A stretch of DNA of 64,000 bases, from positions 61,690,001 to 61,754,000 of the forward strand of contig CM097886.1 of NCBI GenBank assembly GCA_044892525.1, written 5' to 3'. Every line of letters starts with the position of its first letter. Position 1 is the first letter of the stretch. A program made the position numbers and the translations under genes. The stretch comes from Schmidtea polychroa. Its lineage: Eukaryota. The notes under the pieces are model-generated. The model ran no database searches. It was not told the DNA's origin and worked only from the letters and a program-made list of their open reading frames with translations. Of this stretch, positions 11,231 to 22,500 are shown in pieces.

Positions 11231-12870
11231 TTAATTTTAAATGGAAAATATTTAGCTAATTGAATGTCCACATGATAAATCAATGTCCTATAGTGTGTAT
11301 TTTTTATTATAGAACCGTGTTTGTATGTATTTATTTATTTTTCTTCCAACAGCGATTTTTTCTATCTTTCTATAGTGTAAGAGCTAATTTAATGTCACCT
11401 AGCTAATTCAATGTCCCTTCTGGCTATGACACACATACATTTATTATAAGTAAGTTAATATTTATATTATTAAATATGCAAATCAATGGCCATCTGATGA
11501 TAATCAATTGCCGGTTGGTGTAATAGTCATTTTGAAGTGATCTAGTAATTACTTTTCATGTTTTTGATTTAATATTTTTTTAAAATAATTTTTTAGAATT
11601 TCTGATGGATTTCATAAGAATAAAAGTAAAATATTTATTTGAGAAAGCAATAATGTTACTTTTCAACATTTTGATGACTTTATAAATGTAGTTTTAATTT
11701 TCGAATTTTATGTAATAATTTTTCCTGGTAGCAGCCGGCAATTCTTAACACAAATTATACCAAAAAACATAAATGAAGAAAAAAACTTCCATATTTGTTT
11801 GTATGGAATATTTGGTGACGTGAAAACCTCAAAGATTTCTTCTTAATTCTTTTTTTATATTCAAAATAAGTTTCCTAATTATTTACAAGGCCTAATATAC
11901 CTTATTAAATGAAAATTAACGTAACTTAATGGTTGAATATATATTATGGGATAAAGGAAATTTAATGTTTTCAAGATAATTGAGGTTATTTTATATTATT
12001 TTTAATTTTAATCCAGAAATCCAATTGTAAAATTGAGTAATCTTATAGGACAGATAAATTGGTAACGTAATTACAATAATAAAATTTAATGGGTTTGTGT
12101 CCATTTCAAAATACTTATCTGATGAAATAAATTTGTTAAACAAATAAGTCAATAATTTCGGAATTTTTATTCTAAACTAAAAGCGTAAAGTCGTAATAAG
12201 TAAATAAAAATAGGAATTAAGAGAATAAAATCTAAATACGAAAAACATAAAGAAATGGCATAAAATATTAATTAAAAAGCGAAAGAAAATTAGAAAACAG
12301 GCAAGTAAACACCGAATTATTAACGAAAATCCACAAAATATACACAGAATTATAGGAAATAAATAAATTAATTAATTAACAAAACAAAATAAATAAATAA
12401 CTCAATAAAAACATTTAAAATATAAGAAACAAAGAAAAATAGCTAAAATACAACATAACTCAGTCTTAATTGGACAAAATATACTATATAAGGTAAACAC
12501 TTAATTTCTAACAAATCCTTACAGGTAAAATTTTATGCATTGTAAAACGAACTTCTTACAAATCCTTACAAGAATCAAACTCTTACAAAATTCATTACAG
12601 AACTTATTCATCAGCGATTATCAAGAACTCTACAAAGGTATTACAGGAACGTTTACTGAGAATTCGAACTTATTTATCGAACGGAGAATTGTTTGAACGA
12701 TAACGGTTTAGCAAGCACTGACGGATATTACTCGATTGATTGCCATATTTAATTCAGTCTAATAGTTTGAAAGCTAGTCGAAAGGAACAAGTATATGATT
12801 GAAATTTATTTTTATTGATTGATATTAGTAATTGAATGTTATAAATTTTCATTAAGACAAAATATTATAT

Positions 12871-14215
12871 TTAATAGCATTTCATGACTTTTCTCTTCAC
12901 GGAACTGGTGACGATGCCGTTTGCGAACTCTGAGTATGATGGACATGAACCGAAAGCGCGAGAACCATGAATTAATAATGTAGAATTTTCTGAGAATATG
13001 CGATTCGCATTCACACCAAGCTGATAGTATGAGCATGAAATCAAATGTAGGAGAAATGTGATGGAAAGCGATTGAATCGTTTTGTATCAACTACCGTGGC
13101 AGAATAAACGTTCATAATGAGAAAATCGGATGCGACACATCATACTCAGAATCCAAAGGACATGGTCACCAGGTAGATTTGATACATTTATAATTTTTTT
13201 AAAAAATCACTGATTTCATTTATAAATCTTTATTCATACACATTTTTATTTTCGTTTAATTACTGTGGGTGTGGTGGATCCGTCTATCGTGGTGCTCTGG
13301 AGATGGTCGGTAGCAATATCGGTGGTCCCCAGGTAAGCCACGGTAAGTGGAAAAACCAATGAGGTAGATATATGAAAAACAAAGTAGTTTCATGAGATAA
13401 GTGTCTTCATCGAGGAGCAGCCAAGTAAGGAATCGGTCCGTTACAGTAGTTCTGCGAGAATCACCAGTTGCCTTGCAAATTTCGATCGTTTTGGAAGATA
13501 GAGAAACGCATGACCTTTAGAGAAAACTTTAGTCCTCAAAATGCCAGTCGTAATAGTATAGTGAGAAACGTTCAATCCAATCGTTAATAAAGAATTCACA
13601 TCTTCAGATCTTCTATCGTGGAAGGGCCAACTTCATCAAAAATCTCGTAATTATTTTCCAACGTCCAGTTACTTGTCGTTTTTATCTATGTCAACAAAAG
13701 ATATGATTTCTTACACAAATTCACTAATCTACTTTTCGGCATATAGATTCAGGCGTTGTGTGAAGATCGGTACAATTTTGCATTTCGCGATTTCCGCTCT
13801 GATAAACTTTCGAATTCGTTCACCAAAACGTCGAAAATTGATGTAAATAATCTACATATCCGATCAATCGAGATTTAAATATTTACAAAACCATGCTATT
13901 CCGAGACCGCCTTTCTAGATTTTCCAACGACGATCGGATCACTAATGTAAACGAAGTCAGATAGATTTGGACGCTAGTTTAGGCAAAACGATAAATCTTG
14001 TGTAAATTATCAACATCAAATAAATAAACTTGAGAGCAACATCGTCTATGCTAAAAACCAACCGAATCTGACATAAACAAATTAGAACCAGACGAAGCTA
14101 GTTCTGGGTAAACACCGTTAATAACTCAAACGATTGTTTATCATAGGAAATATAATGCACAAGATAATATCCGGAAGAATAGATCACAACCAAGATAAGG
14201 AAATAAACAATACAC
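12871..14215 (-). pseudogene. decayed ORF array: putative glycoprotein plus two signal-peptide-like ORFs
   Basis: Hand translation shows a hydrophobic N-terminus (CIVYFLILVVIYSSG), sequons NWT/NVS/NST, an intact 45-aa ORF at 13393-13256 and a broken ORF at 13219-12871. Several stops and frameshifts. Confidence 0.4.
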
Positions 14216-14586
14216 AATGATTTAATTAAAATAATAATAACAATATTTTACCCTTGAATTCTTCTCTTTTTATGAATACGCATTCTATTTAAACGATTAT
14301 TAGCAAGAGTAAAACTTCACCGCTAACAATAAAACGTTCAACGCGCATCACAGACTATAATTAATAAGATGTAAGGTTTCTGTAAAAATTGAGTAATAAT
14401 AACTTCTTAAACAAAATTAATTGATCAAATCTCACCCTCAATGATTAAATTTTCCGCGACGAAATCCGATTTGTACGATATGGTGAGTAAAAATATATTA
14501 ATGTTGTCTATACGCTAGAGAGGTGAGAATAACATTTTATGACGAATTTCCTTGAATTTCGATGAACCATCCTAATTAATTCAGAT

Positions 14587-15343
14587 ATGTGCGAACCAAG
14601 TTTGCCACCAAAAGGGCCAAAGCCATGCCTTTCTTGTGCAGACAAGAATGTAGGCATCAGAAAACTGCATGAATATATAGGGGTTCTGGAGAAGTGTATT
14701 GAGACGCTCGAATGCACGTGGTTCTCCCCGCCACAGATGAAAGAAAAAAAGACAAAGATACTGCGACTGGATCACTGTAGAGACAGTCTCCTCGAGGAAA
14801 GCCGTTGTCAGAGGTTTACAATAAAGGATCAATCGGAAGCACTACACCAAGTGTATTCTGAATCCGAAATAAGGAGAAGAGTAAGAGAGTACCCAATCAA
14901 AGATGTTCTCCCTACATCACCCAGATGACGAACAGCAGTTACCTTTAACCAGTTGCACTGGCCATGAATTTAATTTTCCACCAATAATCGATGCAGTCTT
15001 GTCCGGGTCATCAAAGGAGCACGGTGTACCGAAACCAGTCGCCAAGGAAACAGCTTCTACTTCGTCATCTGGCCGTCTAAACGAGTTCACTACATCATCT
15101 TCGAAAAAACGAAAGCGCCCCTCTCGAGCTGAAAGGAACCAGAAACGCCGAGACGAGATCGCCGCTTTAGAGACGTCATTATTTGCCGCTCAGGCTCTGA
15201 GCGCACAAGTGCTGAAAGAAAAGATACCAACACCAAAATCAGTTTACCGAATCGTTCAATCTGGGGCACTCCATCTTCCGGAAGACGCTCAGCTACAGGT
15301 AGATATAGATGCCATGTTAGCCGAAGAAGAAATGCCCTTGTGA
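14587..15343 (+). pseudogene. frameshifted ORF (~250 aa), CxxC plus coiled-coil N-terminus and basic NLS-like tract; unknown family
   Basis: ORFs 14587-14928 and 14903-15343 join by removing one C at 14920-14922 (..VLPTS-PDDEQQ..). Contains PCLSC and KKRKRPSRAERNQKRR. Confidence 0.5.
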
Positions 15344-16470
15344 GTGACAAACGGAAGACATCTTCAGCACCTCTCATGACTTGATAAATATCCTCCCGAA
15401 ATCTGTACAAATTTGTGTAACATTTAATCGTTAAGTATCTAACTCGTTGGAATGAATTTTCTGTCTTATATAATAAATATTGTTAATGTCTGTTTCGTGC
15501 TTTATTATTGCTGACTAGCTTGCCTGAGTTAAATGTTGACATATCCGGTAGTGAGTAAAGTCGTGCCCTTGGACCAGGGTCATACTGTCTTGACTGAATG
15601 AAAGTTGAGGTAAGTCCTTCTATGTCACTCCTGAACCCGCACAGTGAACCTTACCGGGAGTAGTCCTAACGCAAGGGCTCACCTGCTGGAAAGTTCGACA
15701 CATCATCAGAGGCACTCGTATGGGAGATTATTGTCAAATTATGAAGGTTGCTTGGGAACCAAATATGAGCATATAAACAATTTTTTCCTAAGTAACCAAC
15801 ACATTGAAACCAAGAAAGTACTAGCCTTAGCAGTCGTGGCATCAAAAACTTGCATTTGTCTAAAAGCTAACCACATGGTATAGTACCAGCGTCACTTAGT
15901 GATCACGGTGAGTTAAAATATGCGTTTTGTTTGTAATTGTAGAAATATGGGGGTCATTTACATTTTCAACCAACCTAAACCAAGCATAATTATTGTTAGT
16001 TATATAAAAACCAGTGCAGTTTTGAAAAAATAAAACTTCAGTTATATATTTTAAAAGTACTATATGAAAAAGTGAGCAAATCTAAATTAAAATTAAAATA
16101 TTTTAGATAAACTAATAAATAACTTCCAAAAAAAGAATTTAAAATTAAAATTAATTTTGAGCTTTTAACGAAATATGTTTATATTATATATATAATAAAA
16201 GAACTTATTTTAAATTTATTTCGAAAGAAATTTTGTTATTTACTTTTCTAATATTCTTCCTTTTACTTCAAGAATATAATTGACCTTGATTGATATTTAA
16301 ATTTATCAATTGTTTAAATAAAGTTAAATTATGATAAATTTGATAATGCCTAACATTATTTTAATTTTATTTATATAGAAATATTTTTAAAACAAATTAT
16401 ATTTTGATTTAAAACATGAAATTATTTATTTGGTGTTATATAGATTTTAAAATATTTAAATTTTTTAGTA

Positions 16471-16558
16471 ATGTTAGATGGTACTGCCCCAGATGCTTCT
16501 CATCCCATCGTACAATGGCCTAATAACAAGAGTGATTATATTATTAAAGGATCTATTG
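16471..16558 (+). CDS. OXSR1: OSR1/SPAK exon 1
   Basis: [30 protein letters not shown], donor gtgaat; an acceptor-like ttttttag lies 2 nt before the ATG. Confidence 0.85.
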
Positions 16559-19500
16559 GTGAATGATTTATTATTTTATTTTTCAATACAAATTTAAGAT
16601 ACATAATGTCAAATATTGATTTAATAACATAATATTTTTATGAATTATATAGATTTTTCAAATTCAATAATACACAAGATTTCTTATGTTTTATTTCATT
16701 TTTCTAAAAACTTTTAATGAATAATAAAATTACTTGCTGAAAAATTTATAATTTTTGGTTACGCGATACGCTTTATACTTAATGATTTTTGAAAAGATGT
16801 GTGTTATCAATCGAGTAAAAAATTGCTACCTATTATTCTTTCTAATCCAGGTAAAAGAGTTAATATTTGTAAGTTATATTTACATATTTACTAATTACAG
16901 TTTCAGAGTTCAAATATAAGAATTATAATTTTACGCCTGATAAATATATCATAATTGAAATTCTACTAGGACTGATAATTAATAGTAAAATATTTTGATT
17001 ATTTTATCGATATAAATCGCAAGCTATGGTTTCTATTGTTAGAATACTAATAATAATAGATTTAGTAATATTCCTCTGTGACATTCAATTGTTATTTAAA
17101 TTATTATCATATTTGAAATTCTTGAAATTATATAATTTAAATTATTATTTAAAAATCAAAAATTTAATTTTCTATCTTCAAAAAAAAAATTTCCAAATTT
17201 CCAATATTAAATTATTAAATTAGATTGTTTTCTAAATTTAGAATTTTCGATTACAATAAAATTGATTAAAAACTCCAGGTTTTTACTTATGAAAATTAGT
17301 TTCATTTGTAATTTCAAAAATTATAATTTTATAAAAAACTAAAATTTTTAAATTTTGTTTTTAGTTCCTTTCTAAAGGAGAATTTACAGTAAAATTTTAT
17401 GTTGCAAATAACTACTGGGTAAATGATTTAACTTATTCATTTACATCATAACCTAGTCTTATTAACACTTTGATTAATGAAAAACGAATATTTCTCGGGG
17501 AAATTTCAATTAGATTGCATACTATTCTGTAATAAATTAATCTCAAAATTCTGAAAATAAGCTCAACTCAATCCTTTTGATATTCGTAAAAAATACATTT
17601 CCATCACCAACATTCAATAATGAAAATTTGAAAACAATTTAAGGATATATTCTCTTTTAAAATGCATTAAAATAAGCAAACAAATTATGGAATTTCGTAG
17701 CACATTTTCTCTAATTACCTTAACATTATTTGTTATGTTATGCTGTGGCTCTGAATAGCTATATTGTCATTATGATGAAATGTGTTTGAGTAATTTTTAT
17801 TTGAAATCAATGAAAATTAATGGATCAATATAATTTTTATTTGAGATTTTGTATAATTAAATTTGATTTTTTTATTAGTTTGAATTAAAAATTAAGTTAA
17901 AAAGATGATAAATTTAGTGAAGATAACAACTCATGTTCGTCAACAAAGTTTAAATTACGTGGTGCGTTCAATATGTATATTTTTCCGGGTTATTTTTCAA
18001 TATAATACTGATTGTGCTCCACACATTTTCTCAAGTGACGTAAGAGTTCCGAAAAGGAATTTTTAAAGAAAATTAGGCTTTGATTTTTCAAGAAAGTTCC
18101 GCATCCTGTTGAAAATCTCAAACACTTCTGTAGATCTTTCTTCGCAAAAGTTTTTTTTATATACCTGAATAGATAAAAGTCGCTGGGTGCAAGATCAGAG
18201 GTAATCTAAGAGAAAAAAAAATTCATTTTTCTTCATCACTGCCAACATTTCCGCGTTTTTGTGGATTGGAGCGTTGTCTTGGAGGAGCAATAGGAGGAAG
18301 AGACCGTTTGGGTTTGGATGATTACGTTTAATGTGTCCACAAGATTGCTGTAAAGAGTGGGATTTTTTCGGAGACCTTCTGCGGCAGAACCCGTTCCAAT
18401 TGTACCACTTTGATCCGTAAAAATTGTTAACATCAATGATTTTCGATATGTACCAGATCTAATCTTCCTGAAACTCGTTTTTCCAGTGTGTTTCCATTCG
18501 CTGAACTCACGCTTTGTCTCAGAGACAAACAGATATCAACTTATGTCAGATGATTGACAAAAGTTTTATAAATAAAATATTAAATCTCAAAGAGAAACTG
18601 AGATTTGAAAAATACATTGTAGGGACTAAGTTAAATAAGACTTTACTGAATTGATTAACTAATATAATATTGTATATTAATTAATTTAGAATTTAATAAG
18701 TATGGTATGTAATTAATAATTGTAAATATTATATTAATAATTTAAATGTAAGTATAATTATAATATAATTATATAATTTAAATTAACATAATAATTGTAG
18801 AATGATGTTTTCTTGCTCAAATAAAATCTTAAAATAATCTTGTTTGAATGTTGTGAATAATAGTAAATTTTTGAATATCGAATTTTTAGTTAATTTAAAT
18901 GAATACAATCAATACTCGGCCCACACAGTTTAATATAAATATTAAACTAAAATAAAATATTAAAACATTAACATCTGTGCACATTTTGAGCGTCACTTTG
19001 AAAATATTCTGTAAGATATGCAATTATTTCTATTTGCTCCCAGATTTCTTTAGTTAAATATAACTTATTAAATCATATACATTTTCCATATAAATAATTC
19101 TAAATTCCTTCTATTGGAAGTTTGGTTTCTTAAATTAATAACATCCATATTTTAAAAACAAAACAAAACTATCCTTCATCTTTAAAATTGTCGAATTTTC
19201 TCAAGAAGTCTATTCCTCCGATTACCTTTGGTGAAATCTCTTTGGCCACAATAAATTCAATTATTCTCGCCTCTTTCGTTCCCACTATTTGAACTGTAAT
19301 ATTTACCTTTCCTACTATCGATACCGGTGACTCATTTGCACATCTCAATTTAACATAACATTTTTCTAAATTAAACTTTTCTATCTTCTAATACACTTTC
19401 ATCCATCACACTGATCTTTGCTCCTGTATCTAATAAACAACATACTTCGTTCTCATTGATCAATAATGTGACACTTGGTCTACCATTTAATTTATTATAT

Positions 19501-22500
19501 TTAATTATATTACTATTATAATTTATATCATTAATATTACAAACATGCTCTACAACATTTCCAAAATCATCTAACCTCAATCCAATATTACACCAATCAC
19601 TATAAATATCTGCATCGGAGACGCATTTACAATTATCATCATTACTTATATATTCATATTTCTCATTATTTAATACATACAAACAATCATCAAAACAATC
19701 CCCATTCAACATATAACTCATACTTACTGCAGTGCTCCGATCACCTCTCGTGGTGGAGCATATTCATTTGGGTATTGATTTTCATGTTCTTCTTCTTCCA
19801 TTGCCGCAAATGGTTTCTGATATTGTCGGTTTCTGAAATTTCTGCAATTTCCTTGGAATTTTCCCCGTATGTTTTCTTGTTCATTTTCTTTTACATCTCT
19901 GAAATTCTTTCTTAATTGGAAGCACTGGTGTTTGAAATGACCTGCTCTGTGACAATGATAACATTCGAACATTCTGCTCTTCTATGGCCTTCTTCATGAC
20001 ATGCCCAGCATCTGAACTTTGGCCTATTGTTTGTTTGGAATTCTTGATTATTTAAATTCGATTGTTTGTTCTGATATTCTCTATTCTGTTTTGGCTCGCT
20101 GAACGTATTTCTTCTAGGCATATATCTGCGTAATATTGGTCTTGCTGGAATATTTACAGCCTTTTTTTACCATATCCGCATATCTCGTTTCAGTTCCCAC
20201 AACTGCTATCGAGTCACTGTTTCGATTTAATTCTTTAATTACTTTCTCGTGTTTTTAATTCTCTTTTTCATTTCATTCACAGATTTATATTCATTTAATC
20301 TCAAATCTTTTTTTCAAATCTTGGTCTCCTACTGCATTGAATATGAGAAATTTTTGAAGTTCTTCTTCATTTAACTCTTGTTTCAGAATTCGTTTTGATA
20401 ATTTCTCAATTTTTTCGCAGAAATCATCAGCGGAATCATCTCCTTGTCTATAATCTAGCGCTTCACTTAAGTCTTCCATCAGATTCATTGGTTTTTGAAG
20501 GCTTCTCTCAGTCTATCCATATAATTTTGTTTCTTATCAGTTGAATCATATTTCTTAATTGCATCTGTTGATAAAAAAGCCTTGACAAATCTACATTTGA
20601 AGTCCTCAGCTATCGACAATTCGAAAAATCTTTCGGTTTCTTTGATGAAATCTTCAACGTCGGTTCCCATCTCAAAATTTTCTGGCGCTTTGATAAAATT
20701 GGCCATCGTGGTCGCCATATTGGAAGTTTGGTTTCTTAAATTAATAACACCTTCTATGATCTCATTTTTGTTATTGAAACAATCGAATAATGCGTTCGTA
20801 GTCAAAATATGGAAATTTTTTAATTATATATAGTGTATACTGAACATATTGCGGGGGCAAATTCCATCCCTCAACTGCAACGGAAAATAGAAATTGCGTT
20901 GCAATCAATAGATTAAGGTGAGCTGCGAGCTGATTTTCTGACTATCCGGAAACGCCTGAGAGCTATTGATCGAAATTGTTCAATTTCCATTGTTTAATGG
21001 TTTGCATTTATTGTTATGACCATGGGAAAATCAAATAATCTATTCCTTTTGTTTTGCCTTTTTTTGCTTCATAGGGTTATATTGAAACTTATTCCAGTTT
21101 CTCTTCCACGTCAGTTATTAGAAATCAACTTTAGAAACTTTAGATCACCTTTGAGCTTAATAATTCTTAGTTTTCTGTTTAAAAATGTTGCTAACAATGT
21201 ATTCTATAATCAAAATCATACACAAATTACTGATGTCTTGAATACATTGACTGCATATCTAATATTGTGAAAGTCATTGATGATCACCAAACTGGGCCTT
21301 GACCGTCAATGTGTTAAAATATTTCACTGTTGATTTTTTAGAAAGCCTACTGTTAGTTTGAACTAAACATAATTACGTAACTTTAAGCTCTTGAGTCATT
21401 TTAGTGTTTTTGAAATATTCGTTTATAATTATTCGTACTTATATTGTAATATATAGCATATACTATTACAGGAAAAATAAACTAAGTCATTTTTGAAGTG
21501 TATTCATAGTAAATATTTGCAAAAATTATGTCCAATTTGTATGCTTGTTAGCAAAATTACTTCATTTTCTTCTTTTTCCATAGTCATTTAACATTTATGT
21601 TTCGAATTGATTTATAATAAAATATCATATAACATTCCAGTAATTTCATATTCTTCTTATTTAGAAATAAATCTTTATAATTAACATAAATAAAAAACCT
21701 ATTCGATTTTATTTCATTAAATAAATAATTCAAAAATATATTTAAAAAAATTTAATATTTTTCTTATTGAGAATAACATATTTTATAAACATATTTTAGG
21801 CACACTAAATAAGTACTATTATGGAAAGATGAATTTAACTCCAAAGAACTTTATATTTGTAACTTCTAACCCATTTAGATTTTCTTTTTCAAATGACCTT
21901 TCAATAACATAAATTATTGTTACGACACATGGCTAACTCTAGAAAAGCTTTGTTGAAGAAATTCGTTGAATAATTATTGAATAATCATTCTTCAATCCAA
22001 TTGTGATGTGAAATGTCAATTTCTCAGGGCTCATTTATAATTGTTGTTTAATTTATAAAAATCTGATGCGGCTGAATCATGACTGTATAAGTGACATGAA
22101 ATCACGCAATTCTGAATTATGACTCTTGATAAATCACTGATGCGAATTGGTGCATTGTTATGCAAATTATGTAAATTACACTTTTCAACTGCAATTTCCT
22201 GGTTTAATGTATGAGTTCTGAATAGTATTCACCATTGTATCAGCCGTATCAAGATTTATGAAAATCATGACTTTTACGCAACATAAAATAGAAAGTATCA
22301 AGGTTATCTTGAGTGACTAAATATAAAACTTATAGATTCAAGACCTTTCAACAAAGTCCATGCACCCAACGTCATTAGTGTTCCTGAAGGTGAAAAGCAT
22401 GAACATTCGATAATGGAAAATTCCCGATAAAAAATGACAGTTTTTTACCAGGCAATTTCCACAAAATTAAATTCTTGTTAGATTCAGAGATAAGCGTGTT

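Larger units (their letters stand above)
12200..15962. mobile_element. unclassified inserted cassette (endogenous viral or giant LTR-retroelement accessory region?) with divergent decayed ORFs
   Basis: Visibly more GC/CpG-rich than the flanks. Contains a + strand frameshifted ORF (14587-15343) with AATAAA at 15472, - strand decayed ORFs at 14215-12871 followed by AATAAA signals, a TTACA motif array and a TGTAACA...TTTACA bounded block at 15416-15962. No RT, integrase or capsid motif was recognised; boundaries are approximate. Confidence 0.45.

Noticed and set aside
12990-13187. Minus-strand frame with four TGA codons at Trp-like positions, suggesting a UGA=Trp genetic code
   Set aside because: Another frame is open with only one stop, and neighbouring ORFs use TGG and decay via TAA/TAG and frameshifts; ordinary pseudogenisation explains it.
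15416-15962. Canonical LTR (TGTAACA...TTTACA)
   Set aside because: No PPT or PBS is adjacent, there is no second copy in the window and no TSD; kept only as a weak part of the cassette finding.
18618-18925. Solo LTR (TGTAGGG...GGCCCACA)
   Set aside because: No matching 4-6-bp TSD and no similarity to the LTRs of elements A or B.
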